A stretch of DNA of 64,000 bases from Candidatus Latescibacterota bacterium (lineage in GTDB: Bacteria; Latescibacterota; UBA2968; UBA8231). The notes under the pieces were generated by a model. The model was not told where the DNA came from. It saw nothing but the letters and a program-made list of their open reading frames with translations, and searched no databases. Position numbers and translations under genes: made by a program. Shown here in pieces: positions 49,460 through 59,191 of this stretch. Position 1 is the first letter of the stretch, and each line of letters begins with the position of its first letter. Where the stretch lies: assembly GCA_965243025.1 (NCBI GenBank), contig CBDETY010000003.1, forward strand, positions 4,736,001 to 4,800,000, read 5' to 3'.

Positions 49460-50392
49460 GTGCTGATACTGACGGAAGACGCCGTATTCCTGGCGGACGA
49501 AGCGGCCCCGGAACCGGCACCGGTCCGGGTGCTCGACGAGGCCGCGGTCGCCGGCGCAGCCGCCAGCGGCGGTGGGGTGGCAGCCCTGCCGAGCGGCGAG
49601 GTCGCCTTGATCGGGGAGGACGGGACCGAGCGCAAGGAAAGCGGCATCGGCGACGAAATCTGCTGCCTGCACCTCCTCGCCGCGGACCCGCTGGTGCTGC
49701 TGATAGGGACCGAGCCTCCCCACCTCTACCGGATGGAACAGGGACAGCCGGCGCGGCGCAGCGAATCCTTCGCCGCCCTCGCGGTCCGCGACGAGTGGTA
49801 CACCCCCTGGGGAGGTCCGCCGGCGGTGCGCAGCCTCGCCGGTACCGGCGCCGACGTGTACGCCGACATCCACGTCGGCAGCATCATGCGCTCCGCCGAC
49901 GGCGGCGGGTCCTGGAAGCCGGTGACCCCGGACCTGCACCAGGACGTGCACCAGGTCGCCGTCTGCCCCGCTGCCCCGGAGCGGGTGTACGCCAACACCG
50001 CGGATGCGGTGTTCGTCAGCGGCGACCGCGGCGGCTCCTGGGAACACCGTTCCGGCGGACTGCCGTCCCGCTACGGCAGGGCGGTGGCCGTGCATCCGTC
50101 CGACCCGGACTGCCTGCTCGCGTCCGTCAGCAGGGGGCCGCACGCCGGGGGCACGGGAAAGCTGTTCCGCAGCGACGACGCCGGGCGCTCCTGGACGCAC
50201 GTCCGCGACGGCTTCCCCGCGGTCGCCCGCGACAACGTCGACACCTTCCACGTCGCCTTCGACGCCGCCGGCGCCGCCTGGGCGGCCGTCGAGGAGAAGC
50301 TGTACCGCAGCGGCGACCGCGGCCGCCGCTGGGAGGCGGTGTGGAGCGCCTCCTCCGACATCCGCGCCATCTCCTGCGCCGCGGCGCGGTGA
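49460..50392 (+). CDS. BNR/Asp-box repeat (WD40/YVTN-like) beta-propeller protein
   Basis: Four SxDxGxxW Asp boxes; DVHQV. Confidence 0.8.
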   Translation: MLILTEDAVFLADEAAPEPAPVRVLDEAAVAGAAASGGGVAALPSGEVALIGEDGTERKESGIGDEICCLHLLAADPLVLLIGTEPPHLYRMEQGQPARRSESFAALAVRDEWYTPWGGPPAVRSLAGTGADVYADIHVGSIMRSADGGGSWKPVTPDLHQDVHQVAVCPAAPERVYANTADAVFVSGDRGGSWEHRSGGLPSRYGRAVAVHPSDPDCLLASVSRGPHAGGTGKLFRSDDAGRSWTHVRDGFPAVARDNVDTFHVAFDAAGAAWAAVEEKLYRSGDRGRRWEAVWSASSDIRAISCAAAR

Positions 50393-50499
50393 AGCCCGTG
50401 CACGACCCCGAACTCCACCTGGACCGCATGCCAATGCCCGGCTCTCATCCCGTGAGCCGGAAGTTCCCGCAATCCCACCTCCAACCGGAGACCGAAGCC

Positions 50500-50880
50500 A
50501 TGACCGACCTCACCACTCTCGCCATGATCACCGCCAGCGAGCCGGAGGGTCCCCTCCCCGACATGCCGATCGACGCCGGATCCATCACCGCCGGCAACCC
50601 GGTCGCCCGCGGCACCGTTCTCAACCAGTCGACCGACAAGACCCTGTCCAGCGGACTGTGGACCTGCGAGCCGGGGGAGTTCGACTGGACCTACACCTGG
50701 GACGAGTTCGTCTACGTGTTCGCAGGAGAAGTGACGATCACCGAGGAAGGGGGCAGGAGCTACGACATCGGCCCCGGCGACATGGCCCACTTCCCGATCG
50801 GGCTGAAGGCCCACTGGAACGTCAGGACGGCGGTCCGCAAGTTCTTCGTGCTCAAGACCCCGGAGCCGCTCGAGATTTAA
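50500..50880 (+). CDS. Cupin (DUF861/EutQ-like) protein
   Basis: GGAG SD; GLWTCEPG, DEFVYVFAGEV, GPGD..FP.G, W.V...VRKFF. Confidence 0.88.
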   Translation: MTDLTTLAMITASEPEGPLPDMPIDAGSITAGNPVARGTVLNQSTDKTLSSGLWTCEPGEFDWTYTWDEFVYVFAGEVTITEEGGRSYDIGPGDMAHFPIGLKAHWNVRTAVRKFFVLKTPEPLEI

Positions 50881-50897
50881 CTCTGCCAGGAAGTCCC

Positions 50898-51965
50898 ATG
50901 AGTCCCGATACCCGCTACCCGCTGCGCGCGGTTCCCGGCTTCTTCTCTACGACCCCGGGAATCCAGGTCGCCGGGCAGACCTCCCACAACGCCAGCGACG
51001 AAGACCTGCGGTTCTTCCAGCAGCTCGGGGTCGAGTGGCTGATGGTGGGGATCGACGACCCCGCGCTGCATTCGGTGGAAACCTACAAGCAGCTCAGGAA
51101 CCGCTTCGCCGGGTTCGGCCTGCAGATCTACCGCATCGCCCACCACGGGGTGCACAACGTCCCGGAAATCACCCTGAACCTCCCTGGACGGGACGCCAAG
51201 GTCGAGGAGCTGATCCGCTTCATCGGCAACCTCGGAGAAGCCGGCATCCACTACCACACCTACGCCCACATGGGCAACGGCATCTGGAGCACCGGCCGGA
51301 CCACCCGCCGCGGCGGCATGACGGCCCGCACCATCGACGTCGCCGACGCCGTCGGCCGCTGGAGGGACCGGAACTTTTCGGGGGAGCTGACCCACGGCCG
51401 CCCCTATACCGAGGAAGAGCTGTGGGACAACTACGAGTACCTGGCCCGCAGGCTCGCCCCGGCGGCCGAGGAGGCCGGGGTCTTCATCGGCATCCACCCG
51501 GACGACCCGCCGGTCTACGCTCTCGGCGGCGTGCCCCGCTGCCTGTTCGGCAACTTCGCCGGATACAGGCGGGCCATCGACGTGGCCGGCAGTCCCAACA
51601 TCGGCGTCTGTCTCTGCGTCGGGTGCTGGCTCGAAGGGGGCAAGCAGGGGATGGGGGGCAGCGTCGAAGAGGCGATCGATTACTTCGGCAGCCGCAACAA
51701 GCTGTTCAAGGTCCACTTCCGCAACGTCTCCAACCCGCTCCCCGAGCTCTGCGTCGAGACCCTGATGGACGACGGCTACCAGGACATGCACCGGGTGATG
51801 CAGGCGCTGCGCGCCGTGGAGTACGACGGGGCCGTCATCCCCGACCACATCCCCGAGCTCATCGGCGGCAGCCGCGCCGGGGTCGCCTATTCCATCGCCT
51901 ACATGCGGGCCCTGGTGCAGGCGGTCAACAACGAACGCTCCGAACCGGACCCGCGGTCTCCATGA
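50898..51965 (+). CDS. Mannonate dehydratase (UxuA)-like protein
   Basis: LWDNYEY, HPDDPP, LCVGCW, VHFRNV, PDHIP, AYSIAYM. Confidence 0.85.
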   Translation: MSPDTRYPLRAVPGFFSTTPGIQVAGQTSHNASDEDLRFFQQLGVEWLMVGIDDPALHSVETYKQLRNRFAGFGLQIYRIAHHGVHNVPEITLNLPGRDAKVEELIRFIGNLGEAGIHYHTYAHMGNGIWSTGRTTRRGGMTARTIDVADAVGRWRDRNFSGELTHGRPYTEEELWDNYEYLARRLAPAAEEAGVFIGIHPDDPPVYALGGVPRCLFGNFAGYRRAIDVAGSPNIGVCLCVGCWLEGGKQGMGGSVEEAIDYFGSRNKLFKVHFRNVSNPLPELCVETLMDDGYQDMHRVMQALRAVEYDGAVIPDHIPELIGGSRAGVAYSIAYMRALVQAVNNERSEPDPRSP

Positions 51966-53083
51966 CGACCGACTACGACCTGCTGGTCACCGCCGGACGC
52001 GTCTTCTGCGCCGACACCGGCCTCGACGGCCCGGGAGCCGTCGCCGTGCGCGGCGGCCGCATCGCCGCCTCCGGCCCCGGGGTCGCGGGAACCGCGGCGC
52101 AAACCCTCGACTACCCCGGCGCCCTGCTGCTGCCCGGCCTCGTCGACATGCACGCCCACCCCGCCCGGGGCGGGTCGCGCTACGGCATCGACCCGGACGA
52201 GCACTTCCTGCCGCGCGGGGTAACGACCTGCATGTCGCAGGGGGACGCCGGGGCCCTCAACTGGCCGGCCTACCGCGACGAGGTGATCGGCGGCTACCGC
52301 ACCCGGGTGCGGCTCGCCCTGCACCTGTCGAAACACGGCGAGTCGCAGGAGGCCCATTGTTTCGAGCACCTCGACAACGCCGACGTCGACCTCTGCGCCG
52401 CCGCCGTCGCCGGGGCCGGGGAGGAGATCTGGGGCATCGCCTTCAACACCATGCACAACCCGGCGGTCCCCCACGACCCGAGGGAGATCATGCGCCGGGG
52501 TATCGAGGCGGCCGAGCGCAGCGGCCGCCCCGTCCTCTACGGGCCTCGTTTCCACAGCGACTTCCCCCTCGAGGAGCAGCTGCCCTGCCTGCGGGCCGGC
52601 GACCTCGTCACCTACACCTTCAGCTTCCTCGAGGACAACATCATCTCCGGCGGCAGGGTGCGGCCGGCGGTCCGGGAGGCGAAGGAGCGTGGGGTGCTGT
52701 TCGACGGCTGCCACGGCATGCGGTCCTTCAGCTTCGCCCACGCCGAGCCCGCCATCGCCGAGGGGTTCTACCCCGACACGGTTTCCACCGACCAGTACCT
52801 CCGCCACGTCGGCAGCGACCCGCAGCACGACCTGCCGAGGACGATGTCGAAGTTCATCGCCGCCGGCATGCCGGAAGCCGAGGTCCTGGCGCGCGCCACG
52901 GCGCGCCCGGCGGAGCTGCTCGGGCTGAAGGGAGAGGCCGGCACCCTGGCGCCCGGCGCCTGCGCCGACCTCGCGGTTCTGCAGTGGAACGAGGAGGGCC
53001 GGCTGCGCGACACCCTGGATGTCGAGCGCCCCGGGGGCTGCTGGGAGCCGCTGGCGACGGTGAGGGCCGGGCAGCTGATCTGA
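51962..53083 (+). CDS. Amidohydrolase/deacetylase family metallohydrolase (dihydroorotase-like)
   Basis: PGLVDMHAH, GVTT...GDAG, DGCHG..SFSF, STD, GTLAPGACADL. Confidence 0.85.
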   Translation: MTTDYDLLVTAGRVFCADTGLDGPGAVAVRGGRIAASGPGVAGTAAQTLDYPGALLLPGLVDMHAHPARGGSRYGIDPDEHFLPRGVTTCMSQGDAGALNWPAYRDEVIGGYRTRVRLALHLSKHGESQEAHCFEHLDNADVDLCAAAVAGAGEEIWGIAFNTMHNPAVPHDPREIMRRGIEAAERSGRPVLYGPRFHSDFPLEEQLPCLRAGDLVTYTFSFLEDNIISGGRVRPAVREAKERGVLFDGCHGMRSFSFAHAEPAIAEGFYPDTVSTDQYLRHVGSDPQHDLPRTMSKFIAAGMPEAEVLARATARPAELLGLKGEAGTLAPGACADLAVLQWNEEGRLRDTLDVERPGGCWEPLATVRAGQLI

Positions 53084-53291
53084 CCGGCCGTTTAAACCCG
53101 GGCTGCGGCCTTCCCTGCCGGTCGAAGACGGAGTTTCCGCGCCGGCATCGGAGTCCAGCTCCTTGCCCGGGGAAAATCCGAGCACCAGCCGCGGCCTTGG
53201 AAACCGCCTCGGCGCCGCCGGAATCGAAGTTCCCAACCTGCCTCGGGATCAGGTACCTGGCCGCGCCCTGGCAACCCGCAGCCCGGTCCGG

Positions 53292-55265
53292 TCACTGCAT
53301 CAGGTAGTTGCCGACCATGCCGGTGAACGAGTCCAGCACCCAGAAGACCCCGTAGATCGCGAACTGCCCGACGATCATCCCAAGGAAAAAGGGGCGGATC
53401 GACTCGTAGAGGCCCGGCCCCCCGTATTTCAGGACGACCGCCTTGCAGGACCAGGCGAGAAAGGCGTTGTACCCCATCCAGGAGAACACCGAGCTCACCG
53501 GGTACCCTATCGGGTGCAGGGGCCACCAGACCCAGAACCGCTGCGCGGCCATCAGGAAAGCCATTGCCAGACCGCCGATCCCGGTGTGCAGCCAGCCGGT
53601 CCAGCTCGGTCCCACCGGCTGGTAGATATGGGTGGCGGCGTACTCGTAGACGTAGCGCGTCATCCACAGGAAGGTGATCCTGCTCATGTTGATGGCCCCG
53701 TAGGTGTAGGCGAGGTAGAGCAGCATCGCCGTGGCGCCGACCAGGCCCAGCATCATGGCCAGCAGCGACGTCCAGAACAGCGGCCGGCGGCTGCCGGGTA
53801 CCTGCTCGCTCAGCTTGAGACTGTTGGCGCAATGGGGCATGGCGAAGTTGAAGATGTCGTTGGCCCAGATGCGGCTGTAGGTCAACGCCATGATGCCGTA
53901 GGCCCCGTAGCAGCTGGTTCCCAGGGCGGAAAGGGCGGCGTCGGTCGGAACGAGCGGGGTGTAGAGCATGGCGACTCCCCCCTCGACCACGACCCGCGTC
54001 AGGGCGAGAAAAATGACGTAGGAGAAAAACAGCAGGGCGAAGACGCCGAGCAGCGGCATGCCGGCGAGGTGGAGCCAGACCGCCATCACCGCCAGGCTGG
54101 CCACGGCCCCGATCACGGCAACGCGGTAAGAAACGATCTCGTCTGAATCGTCGACGTCCCGGGCGTCGAAGAGCGCCTTGCGCAGGACGTCCCCCAGGTG
54201 TTCCCTGGCCACCCAGAGCCCCCCGAACACCAGCACCACCATGGCCCCCATGCTCTGGTGCACCACGGTGGGCGGACCGTAGTTCCAGGCGCTGAGCACA
54301 GGTTCGGGACTGGCGCCGATGCCGAGGATGTTGAATACCGACCGCTGCAGGTAGTTCAGCAGGGAGAACACCCACAGGCTGAAGGCGATCTCAAGCTTGA
54401 TGAGAAAGAAGAACGAGAGGGCGACGATGCTGAGGATCAGGGGGATGGAAACGCCCCCGGGCAGCGGCAGCGTGGTGCTCGTCCGCACCTCGGGAAAGTC
54501 GGGGAAGTAGGCGTTCAACCCCTGGAGCGACCCGATGACGAAGGGCACGGCGAACCCCAGCCACATCACCGGACTGCGGAAGAACGGCTTGACCAGGGAC
54601 TCGCGCTCGTCGTCCTGTATCATCGAGCCGGCCACCTGGATGAGCGGATACAGCAGGCGCTCGCGCTCGGCCCACTGGCGGCGCAGGATGACCATCAGGC
54701 AGAGCATCGAGGCGTGGATGGCCAGCAGCATCGGGAACCAGAAGACGAACGGCCGTATCCAGACCTTCCACAGGCCCGGCTCGTCGTGTACCGAGCCCCC
54801 CTCGTAGAAGGCCCGGATCGATTCGCCGTCGTTCGGCAGGATCCAGTCGACCAGGAAGGGATGTATCAGCTGAGCCCAGTTGTTCTCGGCGGAAGCGTGG
54901 TAGTAGGGGCCGGACAGCAGCGGGGCCCAGTAGAAGGCGATCTTGATGCTCTGGTTCCCCAGCATCATGAGAATGAACACCGTGACCAGCTCGCCGCGGC
55001 CGAGGGCCCAGGACCTGTTGACGGCCCCGACGGCGACGTTGAAGACGCCGACGATGAGGAAGAACACGAAGTGGGAGAGCGGGTTGGTGAAGAAGCCGCC
55101 GCCGGTGTTCGACCCCTGGACCAGCATCGACAGCCAGGTGCCGGTGAAGGCGACGACAAAGGCGAGCACAAGCCCGATGCAGAGGGCGCGGGCGGTCAGG
55201 AAGGAACGCCGCTGTCCCGGGTCCGGGGAGCGCTGCGGGCCGGATGCTCCGCCCGACTCACTCAT
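53292..55265 (-). CDS. DUF6785-like polytopic membrane protein (possible OPT-like transporter)
   Basis: Many TM helices; RRQW...ERL.YPL, WWPLHPIGY, K..VLKYGG..LY...PFFLG. Confidence 0.75.
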   Translation of the reverse strand: MSESGGASGPQRSPDPGQRRSFLTARALCIGLVLAFVVAFTGTWLSMLVQGSNTGGGFFTNPLSHFVFFLIVGVFNVAVGAVNRSWALGRGELVTVFILMMLGNQSIKIAFYWAPLLSGPYYHASAENNWAQLIHPFLVDWILPNDGESIRAFYEGGSVHDEPGLWKVWIRPFVFWFPMLLAIHASMLCLMVILRRQWAERERLLYPLIQVAGSMIQDDERESLVKPFFRSPVMWLGFAVPFVIGSLQGLNAYFPDFPEVRTSTTLPLPGGVSIPLILSIVALSFFFLIKLEIAFSLWVFSLLNYLQRSVFNILGIGASPEPVLSAWNYGPPTVVHQSMGAMVVLVFGGLWVAREHLGDVLRKALFDARDVDDSDEIVSYRVAVIGAVASLAVMAVWLHLAGMPLLGVFALLFFSYVIFLALTRVVVEGGVAMLYTPLVPTDAALSALGTSCYGAYGIMALTYSRIWANDIFNFAMPHCANSLKLSEQVPGSRRPLFWTSLLAMMLGLVGATAMLLYLAYTYGAINMSRITFLWMTRYVYEYAATHIYQPVGPSWTGWLHTGIGGLAMAFLMAAQRFWVWWPLHPIGYPVSSVFSWMGYNAFLAWSCKAVVLKYGGPGLYESIRPFFLGMIVGQFAIYGVFWVLDSFTGMVGNYLMQ

Positions 55266-55393
55266 GGCCGCGTTTCACCGCGGGAAAGCGAGGTCCGGCG
55301 GGGCGGGGCGAGGCCCCGCTTTCCAACCGAACGGTGTGTACATGGAAGTGACTTGCGCATGGCTGCACTGCCAAAATTGAACAGGAGAACCCC

Positions 55394-57193
55394 ATGACCC
55401 AATCCCCCCGGGAGCACGAATCCCTTCCTGTCTGGGACCTTACCGACCTCTACGGAAGCGCCGACGATCCGGGTCTCGACCGCGACATGCGGGACGCGGC
55501 CAGGCGCGCCCGGCAGTTCGAGGGAAACTACAAAGGCACCATCGCCGCGGCCGGCCTCTCGGCCGGGCACCTCCGCCAGGCCCTGGCCGACTACGAGGAC
55601 CTGCTGACCCTGAGATCCAGACCGGGGGCCTACGCCGGCCTGCTCTACTCGACCGACACCACCGACCCGGCGCGGGGGGCGCTGCTGCAGAAAACGAGGG
55701 AGTTCGACAGCTCCACCGCCACCCACCTGGTATTCTTCGACCTCGAGATCGGGCGCATTCCCCCGCAGACGTACGAACGCATAAAGGACTCGCCGGAACT
55801 GGCCCCCTACCGGCACTACCTCGACCACGAGCGGCGGATGGCGGCCCACAATCTCGACGAAGCTGAGGAGAAGATCCTCGTCGAGACCGCCAACTCGCGG
55901 GGAAGGGCCTTCGCCCGCCTCGCCACCGAGGTCAACTCGCGGACCCGGTTTCGGATGGAGGAAGAAGGCGGGGCGGCGGAGAAAACCCAGAGCGAAATCC
56001 TCGTGCTGCTCTACGATCCGGACCGCGACACCCGCAGCCGGGCGGCGGCGGCGATCACCGAGGGGCTGCGGCGGAACACCCACGTCTGCACCTTCGTCTA
56101 CAACACCCTGCTGCACGAAAAGGACGTGCTCGACCGCCTGCGTTCCTACCGCGCCCCGGAGGACAGCCGTCACCTGGACAACGAGCTGAGCGGCGAGGTC
56201 GTCGACGCGGTCAGCGAGGTCTGCGCCGCCAACTACGGCACCGTGGCAGCCTACTACCGCCTCAAACGGCGGCTCCTCGGCCTCGACGAGCTCACCCACT
56301 ACGACCGCTACGCGCCGATAACCGGCGGCGAGACCGACATTCCCTTCGGACAGGCGCGCGACATCGTTCTGGAGGCGTTCGGCGAATTCTCGCCGCGCCT
56401 CGTCGACATCTGCGAGCCGTTCTTCGAGAGACGCTGGATCGACGCCGCCCTGGCGGACGGCAAGCGCGGGGGCGCCTACTGCGCCGGCATCACCCCCGAC
56501 CTGCACCCTTACGTCTTCCTCAACTACACCGGCTCGCCCCGCGACGTCATGACCCTGGCGCACGAGCTCGGCCACGGGATCCACGACGTCCTGGCCAGCG
56601 GCAACCACCTTCTCGACTACCATCCCGTGCTGCCGATGGCGGAGACGGCCAGCACTTTCGCCGAGATGCTGGTGTTCGACCGCCTGCGGGGAGAGCTCGG
56701 GACGGACGGGGAGCGCCTCGCGCTCCTGTGCGGGAAGATCGAGGACACCTTCGCCACCGTCTTCCGGCAGATTGCGATGTACCGCTTCGAGCAGCAGGCC
56801 CACCGCGCCCGCCGGGAAGAGGGGGAGCTGCCCTCCGAAAGGCTCGACGAGCTCTGGCAGCGGAACATGCAGGAGATGTTCGGCGACGCCCTCACCCTCG
56901 GCGACGACCACGCCTGCTGGTGGCTCTACATCCCCCACATCGTCGACGTGCCGTTCTACGTCTACGCCTACGCCTTCGGCGAGCTGCTGGTGCTCGCCCT
57001 CTACGCCCGCTACCGGAGCGAGGGGGAAGCCTTCGTCGACCGCTATTTCGAGCTGCTGGCGGCCGGCGGTTCGCGGGCGCCGGCCGAACTGCTCGCCGGC
57101 CTGGAAATCGACGTGGCCTCGCGCGACTTCTGGCAGGGAGGCTGCGACCTCATCCGGCAGCGCGTCGACGAGGCTGCCGCCCTCGCCGGCTGA
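55394..57193 (+). CDS. pepF: M3B oligoendopeptidase F
   Basis: WDLTDLY, KRGGAYC, TLAHELGHGIH, AETAS, FYVYAYAFG; AGGAG SD. Confidence 0.92.
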   Translation: MTQSPREHESLPVWDLTDLYGSADDPGLDRDMRDAARRARQFEGNYKGTIAAAGLSAGHLRQALADYEDLLTLRSRPGAYAGLLYSTDTTDPARGALLQKTREFDSSTATHLVFFDLEIGRIPPQTYERIKDSPELAPYRHYLDHERRMAAHNLDEAEEKILVETANSRGRAFARLATEVNSRTRFRMEEEGGAAEKTQSEILVLLYDPDRDTRSRAAAAITEGLRRNTHVCTFVYNTLLHEKDVLDRLRSYRAPEDSRHLDNELSGEVVDAVSEVCAANYGTVAAYYRLKRRLLGLDELTHYDRYAPITGGETDIPFGQARDIVLEAFGEFSPRLVDICEPFFERRWIDAALADGKRGGAYCAGITPDLHPYVFLNYTGSPRDVMTLAHELGHGIHDVLASGNHLLDYHPVLPMAETASTFAEMLVFDRLRGELGTDGERLALLCGKIEDTFATVFRQIAMYRFEQQAHRARREEGELPSERLDELWQRNMQEMFGDALTLGDDHACWWLYIPHIVDVPFYVYAYAFGELLVLALYARYRSEGEAFVDRYFELLAAGGSRAPAELLAGLEIDVASRDFWQGGCDLIRQRVDEAAALAG

Positions 57194-57315
57194 AGCGGAC
57201 AGCGGGCCGCCGCGACGGGCCCGGGGGCAATTCGCTATCTTTGGCGGACGGCCTTCCCTCCGCCCGCCCTGCCCTCCCGCTCCCCTGCTTTCCCGATCGA
57301 CCAGCTGATAACAGT

Positions 57316-59148
57316 ATGTGTGGAATAATCGGATACGCCGGAAGGAAGTCCCTGCGCGATGTGCTCCTCAACGGGTTGCGCCGGCTCGAGTACCGCGGTT
57401 ACGACTCGGCCGGGGTATGCGCCCTCGATTCGGGGGCGCTGCGCCTCTGGAAGACCGCAGGCCGCATCGCCGACCTCGAATCCCGGCTCGACGGCGAGCC
57501 TGTCGCCGGCCCGGTCGGCATCGCCCATACCCGCTGGGCCACCCACGGAGCCCCCACCGACGGCAACGCCCACCCCCACGTCGACGCGTCAGGCCGCATC
57601 GCCCTGGTCCACAACGGCATCATCGAGAATCACGCCGCGGTGCGCGCCTACCTCGAAAGAGAGGGGATCGAGTTCCGGACCGAGACCGACACCGAGTCCC
57701 TGGTGCAGCTGATCGGGTTTCTACATGCCGATTCGGGCGACCTGATGGACAGCGTGCGCACCGCCCTCAAGGAGGTGGACGGCACCTTCGGCGTCGCCCT
57801 GGTCTGCACCGAGGACCCCGACACCCTCGTCGCCGCGCGCCGCGGCAGCCCGCTGATTGTCGGCGTCGGAGACGGGGAGTACCTGGTCGCCTCCGACGGC
57901 AACGCCATCGTCGAGCACACCAGCCAGGTCCTCTACCTCGAAGACCACGAGATCGCCCGCATCGACGCGGACGGCCTGCACGTGTCGACGGCAGACGCGC
58001 AGCCCGTGCACCGGGAAACCGACGTCCTCGAGACCACCCTCGAACAGATCGAGCTCGGCGGCTACCCCTCCTTCATGCTCAAGGAGATCCACGAGCAGCC
58101 GGAGGGGCTGCGCAACTGCATGCGCGGGCGCCTCGACCTGCGCTCCGGCCGCGTTCACCTCGGCGGACTGCAATCGATGGAAGAGGAGCTGGCCAGCTGC
58201 AGCCGGCTGGTGCTCACCGGCTGCGGCACCGCCTGGCACGCCGGCCTGATCGGCGAGTACCTGCTCGAGGAGTGGACGCGCATCCCGACGGAAGTCGAGT
58301 ACGCCAGCGAGCTGCGCTACCGCAACCCCGTCGTCGAGCCGGGTACCGTCTGCGTCACCATCAGTCAGTCGGGCGAGACCGCCGACGTCCTCGCGGCGCT
58401 GCACGAGATGCGCACCAAGGGAGCGGCGGCGTTCGGGGTCGTCAACGCCGTCGGGTCGACGCTGGCGCGGGAAACCGCGGCAGGGGTATACCTCCACGTC
58501 GGGCCTGAAATCGGAGTGGCGAGCACCAAGGCTTTCACCGCCCAGATCGCGGTGCTGGCGATGATCGCCCTCGACCTCGGGCGGCGCCGGCACCTTTCGG
58601 CGGAGCGCACCGTCGTCATTCTGAAGGAGCTCGAGAAGATCTCCGACAAGGTGGCCGAGACCCTGGAGCTCGACGGCCAGGTGGCGGCCCTGGCCGACCG
58701 CCTCACCGGGTGGGACAACTGGCTCTACCTCGGCCGCGGCGTCAACTACCCGGTGGCCCTGGAGGGAGCCCTGAAGCTGAAGGAGCTCAGCTACATCCAC
58801 GCCGAAGGGCTGCCGGCCGCGGAGATGAAGCACGGCCCCATCGCCCTGATCGACGACGGCATGCCGGTGGTGGTGATCGCCCCGCGCGACCACACCTACA
58901 ACAAGGTGCTGGCCAACATCGAGGAAGTGCGCAGCCGCAAGGGCCGCGTCATCGCCGTCGCCACCCGGGGGGACAGCCAGCTTGAGAAGCTGGCCGAGGA
59001 AGTCCTCTACGTGCCGCCGACGCTGCCGCTGCTGTCCCCCATACTGACGACGGTCCCGCTGCAGCTGCTGGCCTACCACGCCGCCCTCATCCGCGGCCAC
59101 GACGTCGACAAGCCGAGAAACCTCGCCAAGAGCGTGACCGTGGAGTGA
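57316..59148 (+). CDS. glmS: Glutamine--fructose-6-phosphate transaminase
   Basis: MCGIIGY, LEYRGYDSAG, HTRWATHG, SQSGET, VASTKAF, PRNLAKSVTVE. Confidence 0.98.
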   Translation: MCGIIGYAGRKSLRDVLLNGLRRLEYRGYDSAGVCALDSGALRLWKTAGRIADLESRLDGEPVAGPVGIAHTRWATHGAPTDGNAHPHVDASGRIALVHNGIIENHAAVRAYLEREGIEFRTETDTESLVQLIGFLHADSGDLMDSVRTALKEVDGTFGVALVCTEDPDTLVAARRGSPLIVGVGDGEYLVASDGNAIVEHTSQVLYLEDHEIARIDADGLHVSTADAQPVHRETDVLETTLEQIELGGYPSFMLKEIHEQPEGLRNCMRGRLDLRSGRVHLGGLQSMEEELASCSRLVLTGCGTAWHAGLIGEYLLEEWTRIPTEVEYASELRYRNPVVEPGTVCVTISQSGETADVLAALHEMRTKGAAAFGVVNAVGSTLARETAAGVYLHVGPEIGVASTKAFTAQIAVLAMIALDLGRRRHLSAERTVVILKELEKISDKVAETLELDGQVAALADRLTGWDNWLYLGRGVNYPVALEGALKLKELSYIHAEGLPAAEMKHGPIALIDDGMPVVVIAPRDHTYNKVLANIEEVRSRKGRVIAVATRGDSQLEKLAEEVLYVPPTLPLLSPILTTVPLQLLAYHAALIRGHDVDKPRNLAKSVTVE

Positions 59149-59191
59149 GGAGACCCTGCGACCTCCCGGCCGGAGGCCGCGCCGCAAATCC

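Noticed and set aside
57194-57315. glmS ribozyme upstream of glmS
   Set aside because: The conserved core (AGCGCC...ACGAGG and the P2 elements) is not present in the 120-bp spacer.
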